Below are positions 31,201 to 40,319 of a stretch of 64,000 bases of DNA, piece by piece. The position numbers and the translations under genes are program-made. Numbering within the stretch: position 1 is the stretch's first letter; each line of letters starts with the position of its first letter. The stretch covers positions 96,001 through 160,000 of the forward strand of contig JBHLMN010000012.1 of assembly GCA_048938105.1 (NCBI GenBank), written 5' to 3'. The stretch is from Promethearchaeota archaeon (GTDB taxonomy: Archaea; Asgardarchaeota; Heimdallarchaeia; Hodarchaeales; Hodarchaeaceae). The notes beneath the pieces are model-generated. The model was given only the letters and a program-made list of their open reading frames with translations, searched no databases and was not told the origin of the DNA.

Positions 31201-32453
31201 ACAGGGTTTCGTTAGAAGAGTTATTTAATTATGCCCGTTATTGGGTTCAAGTCAAGAAAAATAAGGACCAGCACCCACAACGCTGGAGTGGGATTATATC
31301 TGAATCTTATAGCTATATCGGTGATGAAACCTATAATTCAGGATTTGGTGTAACAACCCGTAGTAGTATCAGATTGAATCAAGAATACAGGCTTGATTAT
31401 TCCATTAAGGAAGAAACTATTCAATTCCAGGATGAAAAGACTGGAATAATGACTAGTGTCGCCACAGGGTTACTAGATGATGAACTGGACAATGATGACT
31501 GCTTCATTAATTTTTATAATAGTTCCACGTTTCCAATTTATTCTCCTATCTCAGATGTGTATCTTATCCTCAGATTTACATACGGAACGGTATTCTCTTC
31601 AGACTATAGTAATCTAGATGGAACAATTACCCTTTATGATCTCCCTGATGGAACATATGCTTGGGAAGCCATTTACAAAACCCAAAAAATTGGTTCTGGA
31701 CGCTTCACTACTGACGGAGTTAAGGTTGTAGCGGATGCTTTTTTAGATAACTATGATAGACAGGGAGATGCAGCTGATCTTCAAGTTCAAATTGCAGATC
31801 AAACCGAAGCTACACCTCTAATGGGAATGACTGTTTGTTTATATCATGTGGATGGAACATTTATCGGGAATAGGACTTCGGATTTTAACGGAATTGCCAT
31901 GTTTTATGATTTATCTGGAATATTTGGCTATGAGGTATTCTATCAGGATGCTTTATGTGCAGAAGGTACTATAGCTATTGATTCTTCCCATTTTACATTG
32001 TCAACTGATTCAACGGCCCCTGAGGTGACAATTCTTTCTCCAACAGATGGAAAAACCTATTCTATCTCAGATTTGCCTATCAAATTACAATATCAAATTA
32101 TTGAAGAGTATAATTACTCGTTGACTGTATTTCTGAACAAATTGGACATTGGTTTCAAATTCAATGGGTCAGAGCTTGATGAAATATCAGCTTCTGGTGT
32201 ATATACCATTAGAATCGAAGCTGTGGATATTGTAGGATATTTGGGTTATGATGAGGTATCTTTCACGCTTACAGATGATATTTCAATAACCACTACTAGT
32301 AGTGGTAGTAGTAGCAGCAGTAGTAGTAGACCATCCACAATCACAACTGGGACTGAAACCACTAATGTAACTACTTATTGGCATCTGGGGTTTTTACAAG
32401 TTGTATGTTGTATCCTTTTGACTTCGATTGCCAGAAGGAGACGTTCTCAGTAA
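28293..32453 (+). CDS. Large surface protein: ~7 carboxypeptidase-regulatory/Cna-B-like repeats + clan CD (caspase/C13-like) cysteine peptidase domain + Ig-like domain + C-terminal anchor
   Basis: Repeated IEV.V.D....P+..A.VE+Y...TDxNGF...L..G.Y.+ units; FYALIVGG, DEVFIWWTGHGG, CLGPCHSG, IIYTSC...E, ADKDNNNRVSLEELFNY; DSTAPEVTILSP; S-rich linker, TTYW, TM, RRRR. Confidence 0.82.
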   Translation: MYPKSGLKNKKALFFRRGISNLSVLILCFSFFIYSSIHMNPILLSPREDDRHSIRSLRKDISPTHSINQLTHPPFIEITVKDATNSNLLESALVEVYNGTGMLIISDVTDTNGFLNVTNLNLGQYRIEIGYSRIYSAETRVVTFNVEGESKQLTVFLVPNSAAKAAVEVHVQDLSNVPLEDADITLYDEDMGIISSTATNSSGFAVISPLNVANYTITASKTGYQNKSELVWIEWFGHYQKVELRLSPANTLSAFIEVYVHDSSTKQMLPYVFIEVQDQFGRIIVNQQTDDSGFVNITKLDMGVYNIFFHLDTYNEFVEEVILKFPSDFRSLHVPLTSSSSNQGSIEVNVITDDFVPIINSLVELYNWKSELVGTGTTNDFGFYEFTTLECGVYEVTVSASYYFSQTQEVKIRWSNDTRILYFPLESKQGNTFIQVFLTDHYDQPIKGGIVKLYDSNQNFVQVGLSDDTGFLNLSDIPIDIYNLEISKSGYQTKWFFNINPVKGLNQVISHKFLPDAGIGVLNVFAPSNSYVTISNDNNEVVFSGLSSAETLTVPYLPVGDYLVEVYTEEGCQTHSSSINWIGDVNSVYVDQVTEQMDTSGYMEFTVYEFNVGPIPNCFVTAKSQYDVYYSQVTDQNGFVNITGLHIGEYEITAQHSGFVDTVVYHSIDYAGDSSKASLYLYRATGAVEVYLSSALSGNPVQGWVQYRFNSGEWSIMYPSDQNGFKRFNNLPAGHYDFWVKTAAFEDQYQTLDIMMAGDFHILNFPLVIPGGNGVEEFYALIVGGGTEDRFTHDARGMFLTLTNYYGYTPQNTYLLTCEPMDWVANVPVPYDAITSLSSVTWAINEIASKADAEDEVFIWWTGHGGYYTSKTGALLDVRFTTNGDHMYGTDFATLIDGITCDRMYICLGPCHSGYWIGRLNDTNNRIIYTSCKWNEIAHAFYQHSYWPRATKRALDPSYDANQADKDNNNRVSLEELFNYARYWVQVKKNKDQHPQRWSGIISESYSYIGDETYNSGFGVTTRSSIRLNQEYRLDYSIKEETIQFQDEKTGIMTSVATGLLDDELDNDDCFINFYNSSTFPIYSPISDVYLILRFTYGTVFSSDYSNLDGTITLYDLPDGTYAWEAIYKTQKIGSGRFTTDGVKVVADAFLDNYDRQGDAADLQVQIADQTEATPLMGMTVCLYHVDGTFIGNRTSDFNGIAMFYDLSGIFGYEVFYQDALCAEGTIAIDSSHFTLSTDSTAPEVTILSPTDGKTYSISDLPIKLQYQIIEEYNYSLTVFLNKLDIGFKFNGSELDEISASGVYTIRIEAVDIVGYLGYDEVSFTLTDDISITTTSSGSSSSSSSRPSTITTGTETTNVTTYWHLGFLQVVCCILLTSIARRRRSQ

Positions 32454-33068
32454 TTTCCTTAGTATTTCCAATCTAAATGATTTAAAGTCTAAGTACGAAG
32501 TTCTAGGGCCTTATTATAATACTTAGGACAGTAGTACTCAATAAGAATCGTAAGATATTAAATGATATCCCAATTAGTGGAGGGAATTTGTCAATTCACT
32601 AATAGAGTTCTAGTCTATCTTAAAAATCCTTGATAATTTTCAAAGGAATAATGAATGATTATTATGAACTTATAAAAAATCGACTTTTGGATGTTCGAAT
32701 ATTTTGATATTAACCAACAGATAAATCGGTAAGACTTCTGTAAAGAGATTGAAGTTTACTAACAGTGGCCTATAATTCAATCAGATGCAATAGCAACTTC
32801 AACATTTTATCTTAGATCTTCCTCATAAAATAACTTTTACTTCCTATATGGGAATTTTGAGAATATATTTTCTAAAACAGAGGAAAATAATTATATAGGG
32901 TCAATAAAAATCTTCTAAAGAACCTTATTCTTATTCTAAAAAGTAAAAAAAACGAATAGAACAGTTGAATTTCTCCTTAACCATAAGAGTTTTTGAATTG
33001 GTAACATTAGTTCTTTTTACCTTTTTATTATGTTTAAGGCTCTATTTGTTTAAAATCGAAGTGTGAAC

Positions 33069-33584
33069 ATGAGCTTTAATAAAAATCGTAATGAATCACA
33101 TAATGTCAATATTAGTGAATTAAAACCCCTGGAAAAGAACTTAAATGTCGTTTTCAAGGTTACAAAAAAAAGAAATGAGCGAACGGTCAGAAATCGTATT
33201 GGAGAAACTCAACGAGTTTGTGATTTCACTATTTCTGATCCAACTGGGAGTGTTACTCTTACTCTTTGGAATGAAGATATTGATGTATTAAAAGAAGATT
33301 CTGTCTATAAGTTGTCGAATGGTTATGCGAATGTCTTCAAAAACTCTCTTCAACTATCTAAAGGTAAATATGGATCCATAGCGGAGGATAGTACAGTTTT
33401 TGAAACAATTAATGAAGAAAATAATCGTTCTGCGGAACGTATTGCTGACCCCCGAAGAGATTCAAATAGAAATCGAGGGAGAGGTAATTCCTCTCAACGT
33501 GGTTTTCGCAATAAACGTTCTTCTAATCGTCATAACAGGGATACTTTTGAAGACCGACCCGTACACCGACGTCACAATTGGTAA
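33069..33584 (+). CDS. ssb: Single-OB-fold ssDNA-binding protein (crenarchaeal SSB / hSSB1-like) with Arg/Asn/Gly-rich tail
   Basis: ISELKP..KNLNVVFKV, ISDPTGSVTLTLW, NGYANVFKNSLQLSKGKYG. Confidence 0.85.
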   Translation: MSFNKNRNESHNVNISELKPLEKNLNVVFKVTKKRNERTVRNRIGETQRVCDFTISDPTGSVTLTLWNEDIDVLKEDSVYKLSNGYANVFKNSLQLSKGKYGSIAEDSTVFETINEENNRSAERIADPRRDSNRNRGRGNSSQRGFRNKRSSNRHNRDTFEDRPVHRRHNW

Positions 33585-33840
33585 AATTATTCCTAATTAG
33601 CTTATTCCTCGTCCAAACTCGTTGGTGGATTGCAAGGAACGTAAGAGCTTAATAATTATGGACGGAAGAAGAATCGCTATTCTTCCCAATAATCTTCTTG
33701 AATTCATTTTTATACATATCTTCAATTCGATCTTTAAATAGTAAGAATATCTATAATTTTTACTTTTCCTAGTGAGGATTTGCCTCCATCAATATTTTTT
33801 TAATCAGAAGAATAACTCTGTATTTTGTGAGGTAGTAGTA

Positions 33841-34665
33841 TTGTATGTTAACACCCATTTCCATCTAGATGATCCTTGGCTCAAAGGAGACCAAAGACGT
33901 CAAGATGTAATTCAAGATATTGATAGAAATCATATTATTACCTTTGCTCAATCATGTAGTATCCCCTCGTATGAGAAAATTTTATCTTATGCAAATCAAT
34001 CAAAATTTATTTTTCCCTCTTTTGGTATTCTTCCTTGGTATGCTCATGAATACATTGATAGGTTGGATGAAGTAGCAACTCTTTGTGATGGAGCAATGAT
34101 GTTAGGAGAAGTAGGATTAGACAAGAAATATGCTCCAGATAAGGCCTGTATTCCTCATCAACGACCTTTGTTTAGAATATTTTTAGAAGCTGCAGAGAAA
34201 AAGAATATGTTTATGAGTCTCCATTTCCGAGGAACCGAAGAAGAAGGACTTAACCTGCTCAAATCGTATAATATTAAGAAAGCAATCTATCATTCCTATT
34301 CAGGTTCCGTAGAACTGATGAACAAGATCACAGACCAAGGATATTTTTATTCTATAGGACTTTCGAGTTTGTTATTGAATCGTATGAAAGATGACCGAAG
34401 AAAATTCTTTATTGAAAGAGTAAAGAATATTCCTGATGATTTACTTGTAATAGAAATTGATGAATTACCAACTTTAGAATATTTCAAAATGAACTTCGAA
34501 GTAAATTCAACTCTATTTCCTAAGATAATAAAAGCAATAGCAGAAATAAGGAATAGTTCTCCAGAAGAAATTAAATCACTCTGTTACAAAAATGTATTGA
34601 AACTTATAGGTAATGATCCAAGATTGAAAAATATCAGAGAAGTATGTACTAATAATGGAGTTTAG
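33841..34665 (+). CDS. tatD: TatD-family amidohydrolase/DNase
   Basis: NTHFHLD, FGILPW, GEVGLD, LHFR, YHSYSG; start reassigned to TTG 33841 after GAGGT. Confidence 0.88.
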   Translation: MYVNTHFHLDDPWLKGDQRRQDVIQDIDRNHIITFAQSCSIPSYEKILSYANQSKFIFPSFGILPWYAHEYIDRLDEVATLCDGAMMLGEVGLDKKYAPDKACIPHQRPLFRIFLEAAEKKNMFMSLHFRGTEEEGLNLLKSYNIKKAIYHSYSGSVELMNKITDQGYFYSIGLSSLLLNRMKDDRRKFFIERVKNIPDDLLVIEIDELPTLEYFKMNFEVNSTLFPKIIKAIAEIRNSSPEEIKSLCYKNVLKLIGNDPRLKNIREVCTNNGV

Positions 34666-34679
34666 AGAGGAGATCACAT

Positions 34680-35153
34680 ATGACAAAAGATACTAACGAT
34701 CAAATTTGGGGAAAGATTCGATTAATTAGACAGAGTTGGAGAGACCCTAAAAAACTAAATACACTACTCGATGAGTGGGAAAGAAATTTTGGGGATAAAT
34801 ATAATCAGATAGCAGAAGAACTTATAGCAGAACATACATACTCCACTTGGTCGAACCTATCGTCCAAAAAGGGGGACTCATCTTTAGACGGCTTAATCAA
34901 TTATCTATGGGAACAATGGACGGAAGGAGAATATACTATTGAACGAAATGAAACAGAGGTACAAATTTATTGTAGAAAATGTCCAATAGCAGACGCTTAT
35001 CGGTCAATTAACAAAGAAAAGTATGGATTGCTTTTTCATTGCAGTGAGGATCCTTTTATTGTCAAAGGGTTTAATCCCAAAATTAAATTCAAGCGTACAA
35101 AGACGCTTATGGATGCTGATGATTGTTGTGACCATCATTACTCACTAGAATGA
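34680..35153 (+). CDS. ATC hydrolase/V4R-fold protein
   Basis: KCP...HCSED....GFNP.IKFKRTKTLM.ADDCCDH. Confidence 0.85.
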   Translation: MTKDTNDQIWGKIRLIRQSWRDPKKLNTLLDEWERNFGDKYNQIAEELIAEHTYSTWSNLSSKKGDSSLDGLINYLWEQWTEGEYTIERNETEVQIYCRKCPIADAYRSINKEKYGLLFHCSEDPFIVKGFNPKIKFKRTKTLMDADDCCDHHYSLE

Positions 35154-35185
35154 AAAACCTGAAAAGACCTTAAGCCCCAGGTTTT
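35154..35185. terminator. Possible hairpin between convergent genes
   Basis: AAAACCTG (35154-35161) pairs with CAGGTTTT (35178-35185). Confidence 0.3.
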
Positions 35186-35244
35186 CCTATATCAAAAAAG
35201 TCCTTAATGACATAGGATCCTCTTGGTTTATTAAAACCTAAATG

Positions 35245-37698
35245 TCAAAAGTCTCGTACTTTAGTTGCTTCTGATAATTCCATTTTTCTTAACGTACGCA
35301 CTATGCCCAGTTGAGAAGTGATAGCGACGATAAGTGCAAGACCACTAAATAATAGTGCTGTAGAGAGTTGTATTTTGGTTTTAATGACATAAAGAGTATA
35401 AGCTGCTTGAAACGCAGGTATAAGCATTAGTTCTAACACCAACCATCCGAAAAAATTGCCTAGTAATATTCCAATTATACTCAGAAAGATCGCTTCCCAA
35501 ATAGATATTCGGAGAATACTCATGTCTGATGCTCCTAGCGTCATCATTGTTCCATGTTCACGTTCACGTTCCGAACTATTAATCATAGCAGTTAGTAAAA
35601 TTAATCCAAAGCATAATGATAGGGTTAAACCCTCCAATATTTGCATTAATCCCTGAAACATTTCTAATACATCCTCTAAATCACGTGTTAAATCTTCACG
35701 CAACTCAACAATCCGAACAAACGAAAATGAATAGAGATACTCACGAAACTTAGAGAGATTAACATCAGAAGTAAGTCTTATGAGAAGTTGATTTGCTGAT
35801 CCAGTAAGATTGAACATGTTTTGAATTTTCTTCCATGGTACCAATACCTCTAGTTTAGAAACTCTGTTATGCCAGAATCCTACTTTTAATGACGTTTGGA
35901 TAACTGTTGCACCAGTTGTTGGATCGAAAGCGAAATGCTTAAATGTAACTTTTTCTCCTATTTCTATTCCTAATTCATCTGCTAATTTTTTTGACATTGC
36001 AATGCTTGTCATATTTTGCTGTAATGTTCCATTCACAATTTTTTGTGGAATTAACTTGCCACTATATCCTTTCAACTCAATCACTTTGGTATTATTATCA
36101 CCTTTTCCTTGTATTTCGGCAAAATACGCCAAACCATAATTAATATCCGCAATACGGGTATCATTTACAAAGGGTACCAGGGTATTGTTTACAGGAACAT
36201 TAAAAGTAACTCGTATATCCCATTCTCCTAAATCTTCCCTGTAACTGTCTTTGAGAAAAATAAAACTGTCATAAGCTCCTAAATATGCAATGACCAGAGC
36301 TAAACTTAATGAAATTCCCAAAATTGTTGCAATTGTACGTTTTCTATTACGAAAGATATTTCGTGCAGCAATTCGTGATGAGAGAGAAAAGCTTACAATT
36401 TTCGCTAGAATTTTTTCAATAAATTTTGGATTTTTATAGCTTGAACCTCCTAGAGCTGGATCTTGTCTTAAAGCGTCGATTGGAATCATTTTTGCTCCAT
36501 TTCGGGCAGGCCAAAAGGAAGCCAGAAAAGAACATGAGAAGCTAAGTATTATCGCCTGTAACAATCGATCCCAGAGAATTGGCTTTTTTAAATTGGGAAC
36601 TGACATATATGCCATATATAGTTCTATTGTGGCTTCTCCAATGAAGTTTCCTATTATTAAGCCTATAATTATTCCTAAAAAGGCGATCATCAAACCATAG
36701 AAAATATAGTAAAAGAGGATGGATCGTTCATTTGTACCGAGTGAAAGTTCGATTCCAATGTCACGCCTCTGTTGTGTAATCATTCGATTTATTGAGATCC
36801 ATAATGCGAACAATGCGATGAAAATTATTAGTAAAGCAATGACTGTCATTAGATCAATATCATCTGTATTTTGTTGCTCTAAAGTTTTGATCAGAGGAGT
36901 TTCTTTTCGCCTTTGGTAACTACAGGGATATCCTTCTTCTTCTAAAAATTGTTTTAAAGATTGGCCTATTGATTCATCATTCATAGACTGTTTAACACGA
37001 AAAACAATTTCATTTATTGAGTCATCTAACCCAGACCATGCTTGAAGGTCTTGTATCAAAGTATAACCTATTCCAAATTGAACACTTGCTGAAAAAGCAG
37101 TACTTTCTGGATCAAAGATTACGACCCACTCAGGTGATATAACCGTTCCTTCAAGTTTTACTTTTTGAATCAAACTTGAAAATCTAATGTTTAGATTATC
37201 AAGATTTTGAAGAGAGTAAGTTTGACAAAAAGTGCTTTCTAGTAAAACATATGATTTATTAATATCATTTACAGTAAGAAATCTGCCTTCATCCAACGCT
37301 AATCGATCTACATCACTTGTACTGAAAAAGTCTGCCTGAAGTCCGTACAAATATCCTCTAATTACAATAAGACCCTCCGAACTGTTGAATTCATATGCTA
37401 TTGAACATTTTAACCTTACATCCCAAGCTTTAATCTCATTTAACCTGGGAAAACGGGCCATGGTATCAATAATATCAGAATAATTGACTTCATATTCTTG
37501 AGGAAAAGCTATAATCCCATCATCAAGGGAATAGTCATCCATAAATTGATTAACACTATCAATTCGCCATTGTACACCTGAGAATAACCCCCAAAAAGCC
37601 CCTGTTCCTATCCCCAATATTATTGTAACAATGCATACCTGTATCCATCTTTTTCGTAGATCACGGGTAATTCTTGTCCATAATAATCTATTAACCAT
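35245..37698 (-). CDS. FtsX/MacB-like ABC permease (two FtsX domains)
   Basis: QQRRDIGIELSLG, WPARNGAKMIPIDALR, RNIFRNRKRT, EREREHGTMMTLG; two large extracytoplasmic loops. Confidence 0.9.
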   Translation of the reverse strand: MVNRLLWTRITRDLRKRWIQVCIVTIILGIGTGAFWGLFSGVQWRIDSVNQFMDDYSLDDGIIAFPQEYEVNYSDIIDTMARFPRLNEIKAWDVRLKCSIAYEFNSSEGLIVIRGYLYGLQADFFSTSDVDRLALDEGRFLTVNDINKSYVLLESTFCQTYSLQNLDNLNIRFSSLIQKVKLEGTVISPEWVVIFDPESTAFSASVQFGIGYTLIQDLQAWSGLDDSINEIVFRVKQSMNDESIGQSLKQFLEEEGYPCSYQRRKETPLIKTLEQQNTDDIDLMTVIALLIIFIALFALWISINRMITQQRRDIGIELSLGTNERSILFYYIFYGLMIAFLGIIIGLIIGNFIGEATIELYMAYMSVPNLKKPILWDRLLQAIILSFSCSFLASFWPARNGAKMIPIDALRQDPALGGSSYKNPKFIEKILAKIVSFSLSSRIAARNIFRNRKRTIATILGISLSLALVIAYLGAYDSFIFLKDSYREDLGEWDIRVTFNVPVNNTLVPFVNDTRIADINYGLAYFAEIQGKGDNNTKVIELKGYSGKLIPQKIVNGTLQQNMTSIAMSKKLADELGIEIGEKVTFKHFAFDPTTGATVIQTSLKVGFWHNRVSKLEVLVPWKKIQNMFNLTGSANQLLIRLTSDVNLSKFREYLYSFSFVRIVELREDLTRDLEDVLEMFQGLMQILEGLTLSLCFGLILLTAMINSSEREREHGTMMTLGASDMSILRISIWEAIFLSIIGILLGNFFGWLVLELMLIPAFQAAYTLYVIKTKIQLSTALLFSGLALIVAITSQLGIVRTLRKMELSEATKVRDF

Positions 37699-37701
37699 AT
37701 T

Positions 37702-38439
37702 CTACCACCGTAACTCTTCTGGATCGATTGGTGATGGGTTTTTGCTGTCAGATATTACTTTTCCACTTCGTAAGCGAATTACTCGATCCGCAATTTTCGC
37801 AATATCAGCATTATGTGTAACAATCAGAATTGTTCTCTTTTTATTACCATTTATTGCAGCTGATACCAACAATTTCAGTATTTGGATACCAGTTTCATAA
37901 TCTAGTTCTCCTGTGGGCTCATCGGCCAAAATTAAGTCTGTTTGCTTCGCTAAAGCGCGTGCAATAGCCACACGTTGTTGTTCTCCTCCTGATAGCTCGC
38001 TGGGAAAATGATTGACTCGTTCTTCTAATCCTACCTCTTTTAAAACTTCACGAGCTCTGTGTTGGGCGTTTTTCTTCTTCTGAAGAAGAATAGCATATTC
38101 GACATTTTCTAATGCTGTTAATGTAGGTAAAAGATTGAAAAATTGAAATATAAATCCTACATGCTGCCGACGAAATGCCGCAAGGGCATGACGATTAGCT
38201 TTTGTTAAATTATAGCCAAGAACATTTACCTGACCTTTAGAAGGGACATCAATAGCACCAATCATATTTAAAAGAGTTGTTTTTCCAGAGCCCGAAGGCC
38301 CCAGAATAACAATTAGTTCACCTTGATGGATTGTTAATGTTACATCAATCAACGCATTAACGTCAATTTCTCCAACCTTATAATTCTTTGATATCCCTTT
38401 TAAGTTGATAACAGAATGATTATGAATAATTTCCGACAT
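37702..38439 (-). CDS. LolD/MacB-type ABC ATP-binding protein
   Basis: [42 protein letters not shown]. Confidence 0.95.
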   Translation of the reverse strand: MSEIIHNHSVINLKGISKNYKVGEIDVNALIDVTLTIHQGELIVILGPSGSGKTTLLNMIGAIDVPSKGQVNVLGYNLTKANRHALAAFRRQHVGFIFQFFNLLPTLTALENVEYAILLQKKKNAQHRAREVLKEVGLEERVNHFPSELSGGEQQRVAIARALAKQTDLILADEPTGELDYETGIQILKLLVSAAINGNKKRTILIVTHNADIAKIADRVIRLRSGKVISDSKNPSPIDPEELRW

Positions 38440-38534
38440 TGCTTGTCAACACAGTTTATTTTGAAATAATAATGTTGTTTGAGACTTATTAAGTAATATA
38501 CTTCAGCACAAGACGTTTGACTTATAAATTTCAG

Positions 38535-38575
38535 TGTACAGCAGATTTAAAAGAGGATAATGCGTACATTGTACA
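38535..38575 (+). promoter_or_regulatory. Candidate RHH operator: TGTACA/GTAC palindromes flanking a TTTAAAA box
   Basis: TGTACA at 38535-40, GTACA-T-TGTAC at 38564-74, TATA-like box at 38546-52; upstream of the small RHH-like gene. Confidence 0.45.
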
Positions 38576-38596
38576 CGATGTTTTATTTTATGGAGA

Positions 38597-38791
38597 GTGA
38601 ACCTCATAACAAGGACTCAATCTTTAACAATTCGTCTACCATATGAAACTGTAAAGGAAATAAAAAAATATTCGGAATTCTTGCGATTAAAACCAACTAG
38701 GTTGTGTTCTATGGTACTCCAAGACTCATTAAAAGATTGGGTAAAGAATTATGCTAAAGAGATATATGAAGGAGTTGATGAGATAGTATGA
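38597..38791 (+). CDS. Small ribbon-helix-helix-like DNA-binding protein
   Basis: SLTIRLP..TVKEIKKYS beta-alpha-alpha pattern; GGAG RBS; ATGA overlap with the next gene. Confidence 0.6.
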   Translation: MNLITRTQSLTIRLPYETVKEIKKYSEFLRLKPTRLCSMVLQDSLKDWVKNYAKEIYEGVDEIV

Positions 38792-39534
38792 CTTCAATAT
38801 TAGGCATAATAATGATTCTTGTATTTTATTTTTGGGCGATTATTCTTCTAATATCAACTCGAAAATTCATTCAATTTTGGTTTGAAACTCGTGAGGAATC
38901 TTTCTTACATCTTATGTTGATTACGGTTTACCCAGCATTTTTACTTGGTATAATGGCCAGTTATTATATAATATTAACTATAATTACTCCTGGGGAAGAT
39001 ATAAAAATCCCTACACTGCTAGGAAGTGCATTTACGTATGGATTTTTTTTAGAATTCTCCTTCTTTTATCTATCCTTATTTAACAATAGTAGACGCTATT
39101 TTGAAAAATATATCCCAGTTTTATTCGGATTTACCCTGTTGTTATCTATTTTAGAAATTATCATAAATGAAGAGCTTTATTCAATAGATTTATTAGACAA
39201 TACACTATTTTTGGTATCGTTAATTATGATGGTTTATCTATGCGTCCGTATTTATGGTAATTTGCGACAGAATAAACAGTTTTTTGATGATCAAGAAAAA
39301 GAATTCATAGATTTGTTAGAAAAAATCACGCTTATCTTTTTATTCATATCTATTTTTGACGGATTAGTGCATGCAATTATGTCTCTTCAAATAAATTACT
39401 TTGATGAAGCCTACATGATTATTGCGATTATTTCATTGGGTTTATTAGGTTTAATCTTTTTATATTGTAAGAGACTTGTTGAGGAACGCACCAAGAATAT
39501 TGACTGGATAGCTTTCTTTAATAATATCTCCTAA
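38788..39534 (+). CDS. 7-TM membrane protein of unknown function
   Basis: Seven hydrophobic segments; charged loop between TM5 and TM6; no retinal-binding motif. Confidence 0.7.
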   Translation: MTSILGIIMILVFYFWAIILLISTRKFIQFWFETREESFLHLMLITVYPAFLLGIMASYYIILTIITPGEDIKIPTLLGSAFTYGFFLEFSFFYLSLFNNSRRYFEKYIPVLFGFTLLLSILEIIINEELYSIDLLDNTLFLVSLIMMVYLCVRIYGNLRQNKQFFDDQEKEFIDLLEKITLIFLFISIFDGLVHAIMSLQINYFDEAYMIIAIISLGLLGLIFLYCKRLVEERTKNIDWIAFFNNIS

Positions 39535-39577
39535 GTATGTGTTGAACTCTCATATATTCGAAGTGTGGAGAAAAAAA

Positions 39578-40060
39578 ATGTCTTATACACAATCCCCTCA
39601 TCTAACTGATGAAGAAATTGAACTATTTCTAAAGGAACCTCATGTTGCTCGGATTTGTACTTTCAATAAAGATGGTACAATTCATGCTGTTCCTGTTTGG
39701 TTTAAATATGAAAAAGGACTATTTACTATCGCTTCTCCCGAGAAAAGTCGTAAAACGAGAAATATGTTAAGAAATAATAATCTAACGTTATTAATCGATG
39801 TTGCAGGGCCACCGACAAGAGGGGTGATAGTATATGGTAAAGCAGAAGTTGATTTTACTGAATGGGATTCAGAGGCTCTCTCTTTACTTGAAAAGTATCT
39901 GCCAAAGGAGGATGCTAAAAAATCTCTTAATGGGTTGAATAAACTTACGAAATGGGTAAAAATCTCCATTTCGCCTACTCATATGGCGTCTTTCGATTAT
40001 GGAAAAGATGAAAAATATTGGAACGCAGTAAGTTATAGTGCAGGAGCTGGTCAACAGTAA
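39578..40060 (+). CDS. Pyridoxamine 5'-phosphate oxidase-like (PPOX class) flavin/F420-binding protein
   Basis: ARICTFNKDGTIHAVPVWF, KTRN, RGVIVYGKA, SFDY. Confidence 0.85.
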   Translation: MSYTQSPHLTDEEIELFLKEPHVARICTFNKDGTIHAVPVWFKYEKGLFTIASPEKSRKTRNMLRNNNLTLLIDVAGPPTRGVIVYGKAEVDFTEWDSEALSLLEKYLPKEDAKKSLNGLNKLTKWVKISISPTHMASFDYGKDEKYWNAVSYSAGAGQQ

Positions 40061-40319
40061 TTTAGGATTTAATCGAATAAAGTATGATATTTACATTAAA
40101 ATTCTTGCACGAATACTATTTCCAACGGTTATCAATCACGACAGATTCCCAAGATAATAAAATATCTGTGTTGTATTACAGGGAATTGAAACAATAGAAG
40201 ATAAATTAAGATAAATGCTATTTGAAGAAATATTAAATCGAAAATTATAATCTGAATCAACAACTTAATCCTTACTATTAAGTAAAACAGCAAAAAGCAG
40301 ATAGAGGAGCAAACTGCCA

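Noticed and set aside
33668-33685. SECIS element downstream of ssb
   Set aside because: No in-frame TGA in the adjacent genes and the hairpin is too short.
38788-39534. Second rhodopsin
   Set aside because: No mid-TM7 retinal-binding Lys motif and no helix C signature.
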